From: Promethearchaeota archaeon
GTDB taxonomy: Archaea; Asgardarchaeota; Lokiarchaeia; Sigyniarchaeales; SOKP01
NCBI GenBank assembly: GCA_016840085.1
Contig: JAEOTA010000051.1
Span: 68,548-132,547 of the forward strand
Reading direction: 5' to 3'
DNA: 64,000 nucleotides
The position numbers were made by a program, and so were the translations under genes. Numbering within the stretch: position 1 is the first letter of the stretch; each line of letters starts with the position of its first letter. Positions 20,228 through 29,800 of this stretch are shown piece by piece. The notes below the pieces were generated by a model. The model did not search any database. It was not told the DNA's origin and saw nothing but the letters and a program-made list of their open reading frames with translations.

Positions 20228-20878
20228 ATGAAAAAGAAAGAAGATCAGATTAAAGAGATTAAAAAATATCGAAGGAAATATTATGATGACTATGCTGTGA
20301 ATTATGATAAAGAATGGTGGAATGATGAGGATGCATTTGATGAATTCAAGGGTTTTAAAAAATTGGTACATGTCCAACTTAATGAGATAGTTTTGGATAT
20401 TGCCACGGGGACAGGGACATTTTTGATAGAAATGGTGAAATCAGGTGGTATCGGTTACGGTATCGATCAATCCCCAAAGATGCTTGATCACTTAAAACAG
20501 AAAGTTATCCAATATAAATTAGAACATAGGATTAAGGATGTTCGAGTTGGGGTAGCAGATCAATTGCCTTATCGTGATCAGTTTTTTAACTGGGTAACAT
20601 GTATAGGAATGTTTGAATACTACCCTTTAGAATATATAAAACGGGTATTCGACGAAATTATAAGAGTGCTTAAACCTAGCGGAAAATGCTTTGTAGATAT
20701 TATTAATCCTTATAATATTAAAGTTGAAAAAATGACATGGGTCTTTAAATATAATTTAGATGATTTTGAGAGATTAATACAATCTTATGGTTTGAAAATT
20801 TTAATAAAAAATAAAGCAGGATATATGCTTCAATATCTCCTATCAAGAATAAACAGTAAAAAGACTGTATTAAATTAA
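20228..20878 (+). CDS. Class I SAM-dependent methyltransferase (UbiE-like)
   Basis: VLDIATGTG, GIDQSPKML and RVLKPSG motifs. Confidence 0.9.
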   Translation: MKKKEDQIKEIKKYRRKYYDDYAVNYDKEWWNDEDAFDEFKGFKKLVHVQLNEIVLDIATGTGTFLIEMVKSGGIGYGIDQSPKMLDHLKQKVIQYKLEHRIKDVRVGVADQLPYRDQFFNWVTCIGMFEYYPLEYIKRVFDEIIRVLKPSGKCFVDIINPYNIKVEKMTWVFKYNLDDFERLIQSYGLKILIKNKAGYMLQYLLSRINSKKTVLN

Positions 20879-20913
20879 AACTACACAATTAATAAAAATC
20901 TAAAATAATTTCC

Positions 20914-21858
20914 ATGCAAGTCCATATTAAGTTTCTTGAACCTAGCGATTTACGTGAAATTGTTAGGGGTTGGAATGTAGTGTTAATAAACGATAAATTA
21001 GATGAGAAAAAATTTAGTAGGATAGTTTTTGAAGATCCCAATTATGAAAAAGAGGGAAATCTAGTAGGAATTCAAGAAAATAGATTTGTTTCTTACGTAG
21101 GTGCTGTAGTTCGAGAAGGAATTAAAGGCAAAGATGGAAAGGGCCTTCCAAAACATAAAGACATAGGATATATCAAGTGTTCCTTCTCACTTGAGAATTA
21201 TCAAGATACAGAACAACAACTCTTCCACCAAGTGCTTAAGTATATAAAAAATAAAAAGAAAAAGAGGGTAATGGTTGGAGAGTATACTGGAGAATATTTT
21301 TTCCCCGGTATAGATGAAAGATATGTTAATGAACTTAATTTTTATCGAGATCAAGGATTTCAAGAAATTGATACTAATGAAGATTTAGTGCTTGATCTAA
21401 AGGATTATGAACCAACTGAATATCAAATTGGCAAATTAAAACATATAGGTTCACTAGGTATAAAAATTATACCATATGATCCAAAATATTTGGATTCACT
21501 GAGATTTCTTGTAAAAGATCTAAATTATCCACATTGGTTTCCAAAAGGTTGGGATATAAACTATGGGAAGAAAGGAAATCCGATAATTGCCATATTAAAT
21601 GATCAAGTTCTTGGGTGGGCAGAATTCTATCCGACTTATTATGTCCCAGATTCTAATATGGGTTCGTTTGGTCCTATTGCTGTGCTTAAAAAGTTTAGAA
21701 AAAAGGGTATTGGATCTTGCTTATTAATGGAAGCACTTCTGCAAATGAAAAAAAGAAAAGTTCCAAAAGTATATGCAGGTTGGGCGGAAACTCCTTTCTA
21801 TTTAAAAAACAGATGGAAAATTGTCCGAAAGTATATTGTTTTTGAAAAACAACTTTAA
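20914..21858 (+). CDS. Tandem GNAT acetyltransferase
   Basis: C-terminal FGPIAVLKKFRKKGIGSCL acetyl-CoA-binding motif; two-domain length. Confidence 0.85.
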   Translation: MQVHIKFLEPSDLREIVRGWNVVLINDKLDEKKFSRIVFEDPNYEKEGNLVGIQENRFVSYVGAVVREGIKGKDGKGLPKHKDIGYIKCSFSLENYQDTEQQLFHQVLKYIKNKKKKRVMVGEYTGEYFFPGIDERYVNELNFYRDQGFQEIDTNEDLVLDLKDYEPTEYQIGKLKHIGSLGIKIIPYDPKYLDSLRFLVKDLNYPHWFPKGWDINYGKKGNPIIAILNDQVLGWAEFYPTYYVPDSNMGSFGPIAVLKKFRKKGIGSCLLMEALLQMKKRKVPKVYAGWAETPFYLKNRWKIVRKYIVFEKQL

Positions 21859-22044
21859 AAACTAGAATTGAATCTAATGAGCTTAAAAACAACAGCAATA
21901 GCTTTATCATTGTTGAATAATGTAAATGCTTCCGTTTTTTCAAGACTTTTTGAAAAATCAAGTTTTAAATCAATTTAACAATTAATAATTTTTAGCAATT
22001 AATCAATAAGTAAATTTCTAAAGCTACATTGTTTCCAGTATAAA

Positions 22045-22545
22045 ATGATAGATCATCCTAAAGATGCATGGGAACGGTTTTTAGATGAATTCTATGAAAC
22101 TTTTTCTGTTATTGGAACGACACATTATAAAATCTTCATATGTGGTTCTTATGTTGGTAAGCATTTTGATAATTTAAAGGAGATAAAAAGTTTAATATCT
22201 GAAGAATCTGATAACTATCTTGCTTTTTTTGAATCAGATTTTCAGAAAACATATGAAGAAAATTATATTTTTAAATTTGATTTATTAGCAGACTTTTCTA
22301 ATGAGATAATAATGATAATCGAACATGATCGTGGAGGACATATTTTAGAAATGGGAATAATACTTGCAATAAGAGAATATTTAGATAAAACTTATACTTT
22401 TGTCTTAAGGGATGCACCAATTACATTAATGTTAACAAGAGGAGGTCTTCTTTCACCATTTTTCAGAGAGGGAGAGAATTTATTTTATTTTAACAATATT
22501 GATGATTTAAGATCTAAAATTTTAGAACATTTAGGTTTTACGTAA
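22045..22545 (+). CDS. Nucleoside deoxyribosyltransferase/TIR-like flavodoxin-fold protein
   Basis: KIFICGS...LADFSNEIIMIIE..GGHILEMG pattern. Confidence 0.5.
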   Translation: MIDHPKDAWERFLDEFYETFSVIGTTHYKIFICGSYVGKHFDNLKEIKSLISEESDNYLAFFESDFQKTYEENYIFKFDLLADFSNEIIMIIEHDRGGHILEMGIILAIREYLDKTYTFVLRDAPITLMLTRGGLLSPFFREGENLFYFNNIDDLRSKILEHLGFT

Positions 22546-22596
22546 TTATATAGATAAATTAGAAAATGAAAATATTAATTTAATTTTCAAGAACTA

Positions 22597-22938
22597 TTAA
22601 GTTAATTTCTTAAAAAGATCCTGAAATTTAGATTTTATTTTAGTTAATCCTAATTTCTGAAGTAAATTCAATGATCTTTCATTTAGAGAATAAAATGAAC
22701 GAAATTCATTGCGTTTATATTCCTTCTTTTTTTCATTCTTGACTAAATTATGATCTTTAAGATATTTTAAATGATGATCTAATTGATTTGGTTTTGTTAA
22801 CGGTAGTAATTCTTTCAATTGAGTAAAAGATAAGGGCTTTTCGCTAGCAAATAGAGTAAGCATAATTTTATATCTTGTTTTTTCAGTAATTATTTCTAAA
22901 TCTTTTCTAAGACTTTCAGATTCTTCAAATATTTGCAT
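22597..22938 (-). CDS. Winged-HTH (ArsR-like) regulator
   Basis: TRYKIMLTL...LSFTQLK...LDHHLKYLKDHNLV...FYSL. Confidence 0.85.
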   Translation of the reverse strand: MQIFEESESLRKDLEIITEKTRYKIMLTLFASEKPLSFTQLKELLPLTKPNQLDHHLKYLKDHNLVKNEKKKEYKRNEFRSFYSLNERSLNLLQKLGLTKIKSKFQDLFKKLT

Positions 22939-23158
22939 TTTTTACTACAACCTCAATATATATTTTTTCAAATTTGCTTTATCTCATTCTATAAATGGAA
23001 AAACAGATATTTAAATATTACTCAATTAGGATTGAGTCAATGATCATTATATTATTATAATATATAATGTTTATTTAAAGTATTAATTAATTTAAGAAAA
23101 TTACTTCTTCTGAAAAATAGCCATTAAAAATTAAAAATAGAATTTTAAAAACACTATT

Positions 23159-23236
23159 TTACATTATACTTTTGATTTTTTTGGCTAATTCCTTCGCTTC
23201 CTCATCGACGCTCTCGAGAATCTCAAAAATTTTCTC
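23159..23236 (-). pseudogene. Shortest 3' remnant of the anchor gene (copy 4)
   Basis: Translates EKIFEILESVDEEAKELAKKIKSIM*, matching the C-terminus of 38800-39141. Confidence 0.85.
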
Positions 23237-23275
23237 AATTATTTCAATAAGAAACTATTTCTATTATAAGATAAT

Positions 23276-23669
23276 TTATTTGATTTTGTGGGAGAGTTTA
23301 TGGACGATCCACCATTTATCATTGATTTTCATCAGGTTAAAAGTAATCAATATATCCAACTTCTTCACATTCAATTCTTAGTTTTGCCGCGGCATTATTC
23401 CCCGTTACATCAATATAATAAAATTCAGTAGTCCAAGCTAAGTTTTTGTTCACTTTTTCTGGATCATACCAAGATAAATACTCTGCTTTATCAACTATTC
23501 TCAGTTGTTTATTTTCATCAAATAGAAAAAACTTCCATTCATCATGCAAAATACTTTTATAAAGTTCTGGATCGCTTCTAACGTGACCCTCATGGTAATA
23601 ATCCATAATAGCCTTCTTTATAGAATTTTTTTCAGTTTCTTCAATATTTTCGGGTTGATTGCCTGACAT
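23276..23669 (-). pseudogene. NTF2-like (Lumazine_bd_2-like) protein, frameshifted near its 3' end
   Basis: YIDYF* continues as NLMKINDKWWIVHKLSHKIK* after removing one base at 23339-23342. Confidence 0.75.
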
Positions 23670-23826
23670 TATTTTTCATTTAATTTTATGATTTATCATT
23701 TTAAACAGGATTAATGATAAAAAAATAAAATAGTTTTTTTAACTTTTCTTACTAATTTTTTCATTTTTTTTTTTTAAAATGGAATATTATATATAACTAA
23801 ATATTAAACTGAAATAAATTATTATA

Positions 23827-24672
23827 ATGACAATTAAAAATAGGAAAAACACACACACATCTTCAAAAGATTTACGACCCATCGAAATAAGCACTAAACG
23901 AGCAAATAGATATAAGAAGGGCATGAAATTATCTAAAATTCCTGGAATAAAATATATTTTTAAACATATTTTTAGTCCAAAAAACTCTACTGGATCGCCA
24001 ATTCCAATAAATAAGTCTTTAGGAACTTATGAGAATCAAGTATTACCATTAGTGGTAACGGAATATTTCATTAAAAAAGCAAGCCATATTGTATTAATGG
24101 ATTGTCCCTGTCGAAAAGCTAATAAATGTGAAGATCACGACTATAAATTAGGATGCACTTGGTTGGGTAAGGCTGCTGCAAGGATTGAAGTCAAAAATTT
24201 TTCTGGTGCTCATCACGCTACTGTAGAGGAAGCACTAGAGCGGGAACGCTTGGCTTATGAAAATGGATTAGTACCTCATTTAGGTAGGCTCAGAGCAGAT
24301 TCTTGGAAATATGGTGTTCTACCTGATACTGGACATTTCATGAGTTTATGTCATTGCTGTTCCTGTTGTTGTATCCTAAGTACTATTAAATATGGTACAT
24401 CTGCAATAAGAAAAATCCTAAAGAGAATGGAGGGTGTAACCGTTAATATAAATAGGGATATATGTGTCGGCTGTGGAGAATGCTTTAAAGTCTGTATATA
24501 TGATGCAATGAAAATGATTGATGAAAAAGCAAAGATCGATCAAGATGCTTGCTTAGGTTGTGGACGCTGTGCTAGCACATGTCCAAATCAAGCTATCACT
24601 ATAATGATTGATGATTATAGCCGAATTGATGAATTGATTGCTCATATTGAAACTTATGTTGATGTTACCTAA
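23827..24672 (+). CDS. 4Fe-4S dicluster-binding protein
   Basis: CPCR, CHCCSCCC, CVGCGECFKVC and CLGCGRCASTCP motifs. Confidence 0.88.
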   Translation: MTIKNRKNTHTSSKDLRPIEISTKRANRYKKGMKLSKIPGIKYIFKHIFSPKNSTGSPIPINKSLGTYENQVLPLVVTEYFIKKASHIVLMDCPCRKANKCEDHDYKLGCTWLGKAAARIEVKNFSGAHHATVEEALERERLAYENGLVPHLGRLRADSWKYGVLPDTGHFMSLCHCCSCCCILSTIKYGTSAIRKILKRMEGVTVNINRDICVGCGECFKVCIYDAMKMIDEKAKIDQDACLGCGRCASTCPNQAITIMIDDYSRIDELIAHIETYVDVT

Positions 24673-24712
24673 TGTTAATATTGTTTTATTTTATTATTTA
24701 ATAATCTGTTAA

Positions 24713-24823
24713 AACTTAGAGATTTCCCAAAAACTAGACTTTTACTCTCACTACTAAAAATAAGTCTAAAATCCACTCGAGTTAATTACGAATTTGAAAA
24801 TCTTCTCAAAAATTTTAAAGAAA
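24713..24823 (+). repeat. Diverged direct repeat (gene-end remnant X), copy A
   Basis: Ungapped hand alignment to 31087-31197, roughly three-quarters identical. Confidence 0.7.
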
Positions 24824-24941
24824 GAAAAGATCCAAAAGTATATGCAGGTTGGGCGGAAACTCCTTTCTATTTAAAAAACGGATGGAAAATTGCCCGAAAG
24901 TATATTGTTTTTGAAAAACAACTGTAAAAACTAGAATTGAA
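24821..24941 (+). repeat. 121-bp direct duplicate of the GNAT gene 3' end (21752-21872)
   Basis: 4 mismatches in 121 bp by hand alignment; includes the stop codon and downstream bases. Confidence 0.92.
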
Positions 24942-25046
24942 CCTGGATCAAAGTTAATGGATTCAAATTCTCCTACGAACCTCTTTCACGAGAGCTTTTA
25001 TTAGATCTGCTTTAATAGAAAAATAAAAGAGATAATAAAAAAACAT

Positions 25047-26390
25047 TTATTTTAATTTTTTCTTTAAATATATTGCTGTTATCACACAAATAACACTAAT
25101 TAACAGTAATAAGGGATAACCAGGAATTACTGGTTCTCTTTTTTTAATGGTGTTTTCAACCCCATATTTCACCAAAACCATATCACCATTCTCCATCCCA
25201 AAACTATATGTGGTTCCCGAAAGATAAATGTTTTCTGACGAATCCACTGCCACTCCATTGCCCAATTCCTTAGAAGTCCCCCCCCATATGCGACTCCATT
25301 GCTGCACACCCGAGCTGCTATATTTCACCAAAACCATATCTGGTTCTCCTACATCGGAGTTTGTTGTATATCCTGTAATATAAATATCATCAGATGAACT
25401 CACAGTAACCCCATGACTTTCATCAGAATAAATTCCACCCCATATACGACTCCATTGCAGCCCACCAGAACTGTTATATTTCACCAGCACCATATCATTT
25501 TCTCCCACCACAACACTGTATGTATCTCCCGCAAGATAAACATTGTCAAACGAATCTATTGCCACTCCGAAACCAACATCCCAATCACGCCCTCCCCATA
25601 TACGACTCCATTGCAGGTCACCAGAGCTGTTATATTTCACCAGAACCATATCTTCAACCCACGGCTCGTAAAAAACTGTTTCTCCCGCAAGATAAACATT
25701 GTCTGACGAATCTACTGCCACCCCATGGCCCTCATCATATCCGCCGAAGCCCCATGTCTTATTCCATTGCAGCCCACCAGAACTGTTATATTTCAAAAGA
25801 ATTACATCCTTACCTCCTACACCGTAACTCGATGTGTATCCTGTAACATAGACATTGTCTGATGAATCTACTGCCACTCCAAACGCAATATCATTTTCAG
25901 TTCCACCCCATGTACGATTCCATTGTTGTACACCAGAACTGTCATATTTTATCAAAACCAGATCAGTTCCTCCTGCCCCGAAACTATATGTGGTTCCCGA
26001 AAGATAAATGTTTTCTGACGAATCCACTGCCACTCCATGCCCATTATCATGATAACTTCCACCCCATGTACGATTCCATTGCTGTACACCAGAACTGTTA
26101 TATTTTACCAGAACCAGATCAGTTCCTCCTGCTCCGAAACCATATGCTTCTCCCGCAAGATATACATTATCTAATGAATCCACAGCAATTCCATTGCCAC
26201 GATCCTCAAAACGCCCACCCCATGTGCGATACCAATCAACTTCAAAAGAATTACTGGCAGATGAAGAGCTTCTAATATTCCTGCTAGCCTTAGCATCTTG
26301 TTCATTAAAAAGTGTGTTTGTCTCTTGGAATATGAGACTAAAATACAAGATAGAAATAAATACTATTATAGAATATTTTTTTTTTTTCAT
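25047..26390 (-). CDS. SBBP-repeat seven-bladed beta-propeller surface protein with Loki-CTERM-like anchor
   Basis: Signal peptide, seven 52-aa WxRTWGG...GVAVDSSDNVY repeats, C-terminal IPGY-TM-basic tail. Confidence 0.88.
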   Translation of the reverse strand: MKKKKYSIIVFISILYFSLIFQETNTLFNEQDAKASRNIRSSSSASNSFEVDWYRTWGGRFEDRGNGIAVDSLDNVYLAGEAYGFGAGGTDLVLVKYNSSGVQQWNRTWGGSYHDNGHGVAVDSSENIYLSGTTYSFGAGGTDLVLIKYDSSGVQQWNRTWGGTENDIAFGVAVDSSDNVYVTGYTSSYGVGGKDVILLKYNSSGGLQWNKTWGFGGYDEGHGVAVDSSDNVYLAGETVFYEPWVEDMVLVKYNSSGDLQWSRIWGGRDWDVGFGVAIDSFDNVYLAGDTYSVVVGENDMVLVKYNSSGGLQWSRIWGGIYSDESHGVTVSSSDDIYITGYTTNSDVGEPDMVLVKYSSSGVQQWSRIWGGTSKELGNGVAVDSSENIYLSGTTYSFGMENGDMVLVKYGVENTIKKREPVIPGYPLLLLISVICVITAIYLKKKLK

Positions 26391-26647
26391 TTTTTTTCTT
26401 TAATGTATATTTTTGGATTTAAAAATTTGTAATTAAATTTCAGATATAAACTTTATACTAAAATACAATATACGTAAAAGAACAACCATTTCCTTTATAT
26501 CCATACTAATAATCTACAACTCTATTCTGCAATAAATTATTTTAAATACATTTGCAGAACTTGATAAAAAAATATAATAAAATAATTGAGCAAGCCGGAA
26601 AAAATTTAATTCAACACACCTTATAATGAGATTAGTCATGTCCCAAA

Positions 26648-26815
26648 TTATAGTAATTGTTCCTTAATTTTTTTGGCTAATTCCTTCGCTTCCTCATCGA
26701 CGCTTTCGAGAATCTTAAATAATTCCTCAGGAGTAACAAGTAACGCCGCATCAAGCAGCTTTTGAAGTTCAATGACCATGTTAATCCATTTCTTCTTCTG
26801 AAGATTGAAAATTAC
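26648..26815 (-). pseudogene. 3' remnant of the anchor gene (copy 3)
   Basis: VIFNLQKKKWINMVIELQKLLDAALLVTPEELFKILESVDEEAKELAKKIKEQLL* aligns to the C-terminal half of 38800-39141. Confidence 0.9.
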
Positions 26816-26831
26816 TTAATAAAATTCTTTA

Positions 26832-29800
26832 TTATTCTCTTAAAATCTCAGTGTATAATTTATTGATAAAAATGTTGAATTCTCCACTAGAAAATTTGAC
26901 ATTTAGTAAAGGAGTTAATAAAGCAGGTACAAAGCTCTCATTTTCATAAACAGGAACAATTTTTAATAAGCCTTTTTTTCGGAGTTGGAATGCCGCTTGC
27001 CATTCATCATTCACTGCTTTAGAGTTTAAAGCATTTTCAGAACAGAAAAGCACAAATACATTACATTCCTTAAGAGTTCTCTCCATATATTCAACGATAT
27101 TCTCTCCACTATCTACTTCCCAATACAATACTTTATTGATTTCAGGATATTTTTCTAAACTCTTTACAACCTTAGGTAATTGAAAATACTCTGAATCCAA
27201 AGTAGAATAACTTAAAAAAACATTAAACTCCTTAAATATTTCAGGTATAAATTCTAGACTAGGTACTACTTCGAATACAACTGATTTAGTGCTCGAGAAA
27301 TACTCTGCAATTATCTCTTTATTATGAATCATCTTCTGAATTACACCCTCAATTAACTTTTCATCTTTAATGCCACTGCTCTCAATTATTTCAGCAAGTT
27401 GTAATCGCGAAAATTTCTTCCCTAAATTTATAATTGTCTTTTTGAGTGAATTAATAAAATTCAATTCTGATTTTTTACATTCTTTTATTTTTTCTTCAAG
27501 ATCGAGTACTAAGTCCTCTATTTCATGAACCTGAGCCTTCTCTTTAAGCTCAATTAAATTCATTAATGCAGTCTCGAACTTGTTTTCAAGAATTATATCA
27601 CCAATTTCTAACATTTTTTTCTGTATTTTATTCTGGAGTTTAAGCTTCTTTTTATTTATTTTCTCTTTCTTTTCTTCTTCAGTTATAGATGCTTTTTTCC
27701 TCCATGCTATTACTCCTGTTACAATAACAACAGTAATTATGCTAACAACAATAATGATAATAATAATATCAATTGGCAAACCTTTTCTTGGTAAGGTAAC
27801 GCCTATGTTTTCATTAAATTGATTACCTGCACAATCAATTTCTTCGTATGCTTTATCATTGTATCGTAAATCATTCTTAGATATAATGTTATAGTTAGAT
27901 TCATTAAGAAATATTCCAATTTGATTATAACTGACTGTATTATTTGTTATATTATTATAATGACTATTATCTAAATGAATCCCGTAAAGATTATTATGAT
28001 TAATTGTCTCTTCATTATTTTCTATGTCAATATTATCGCTATTAATAAGTACAATCCCACTCCTCCCATTTTGATTAATTAAATTCTCTGTTATATCGAT
28101 GTCTTGACAATTAACTAAAGTAATTCCATTAGCATTATTATAGGAACAATTATTATTGTTAATTACACCATTCGAAACACTATTCAATTTAATACTTGCG
28201 TCATAAATACCATTACTGGCTTCATAAAACATAGAATTTCTAATGATAAAATATGCATCAGAATTTTGAATCTCAATACAATTGCTAGAATCTTGTCCAC
28301 CTATTTTAATATGTTCAATAATATATGGATCACCTGAAATTCCAGAACCAGAACACCAGCCCTTTAAGACTGCTTCTGCCCATGTATAATCTCCATTCCC
28401 TAAATCATCAATAATTATCGGATCTAAAGTCCAATAGTCATACTCCTTTTCAATAGACACAGATTGGAAACCAATCTTTCCGAATGTATCATTCGCACAG
28501 AATGTGAGAATTATTGGACCAATTCCTTTTTTATCCCATTCTCTTTGATCAATTACACCTGTAAACTCGTTAAAAGTAATATTAGTTAAACCATTGTCTA
28601 TCGTATACCACATAGAATCTAAATTAGATTCATTAATGGAAATGTTAAAACTTGGTGCTATAATTCCAAAGATTTCATTAAAACTTGGAGAATTAATCAT
28701 AATATAGGGATTCAAGTCGTCTCCGTCATCCCAAATTGGTAAATAATCCTTACTCTTTGCGGTTCCACTTATAGGATATGGAAAATCCCCAATCCCATCA
28801 TCATTAGAATCTCTTGCTTCAGAGCCTAATTCTGTGTAGTTGTCCCAATAATTTCCGATTAAACTATTATTCCAATTATTATTACTTCCGTCGTCTTGAA
28901 CATGTAATCCATTTCCAATAAAATAATTATTATAAAATAAATTATACCTATTAGCAACATTCGTTATATATACGCCTTTCTGAGAATTTCCGGTTACATT
29001 ATTATTATAAAATGTGTTATTTCCATTTCCATAATCTTCTGTTTTATCTATTTCAATTCCATTAGCTTTATTATTATAAATTTCATTTTTTAAGAATATC
29101 GAATCATTTACATTATCTTCAAAATAGATTCCATTTAAATCATTATTTTTTGCCTTATTCCTCGAAACAGAGAGATTTTTATTTCTAAAAAATTCAAAAC
29201 CATTATCCTTGTTGAACATAACTTTATTCTCTGTAATATTACTTTGTTCAATCCCGCATAAATAAATTCCAACATGAGTATTATTAAAAGCTGTGTTGTT
29301 AATGATATTACTGAAATCAAGGTTGTAGATAAATATTCCATAAGAATTATTATTCAATATATTATTTTTAATAGTGATATTATCGTAAAGTCCTGTTCCC
29401 CAATTATCTAAATAAATACCATGCCCTTTGTTCATTGAACAATTATTATTAAGTATTAATCCATTAGTCACATTAAATAGTGTGAATCCTGCACCATACA
29501 TCCCAATTCCCGAATTATAGTTAGTACAATTCTCAACTTCAAAATATTCTCTTGTATTTTCAATATAAATGCAACTTCCTGAATCACCAGCATCTATTTT
29601 CAAATTTTTAATAAGATATGGATCTGAGAGTTTTCCTAAACCAGTACACCACCACTTTACTAAAGCTGTCTGAGACCAATTTAAACCATTTATTCCATTA
29701 CCATCAATGTGTATTTTTTCCCCATTATGGATAGGATTTTCGAAAATAGGTTTAGTGTCATTAGCTTTTGCGGTTCCTGGAATAGTATAATTAATATCAC

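Noticed and set aside
21752-24941. DGR template/variable repeat pair
   Set aside because: The four mismatches are not adenine-specific and there is no reverse transcriptase in the window
24960-25030. Possible further minus-strand gene tail (SIKADLIKALVKEVRRRI*)
   Set aside because: Too short and has no parent in the window
25150-26240. CRISPR-like periodic repeats
   Set aside because: These are 156-bp coding repeats of SBBP blades; no spacers or cas genes
25413-26403. Plus-strand ORFs over the SBBP gene, and other short antisense ORFs in the track
   Set aside because: Shadows of well-supported opposite-strand or overlapping genes, with no motifs
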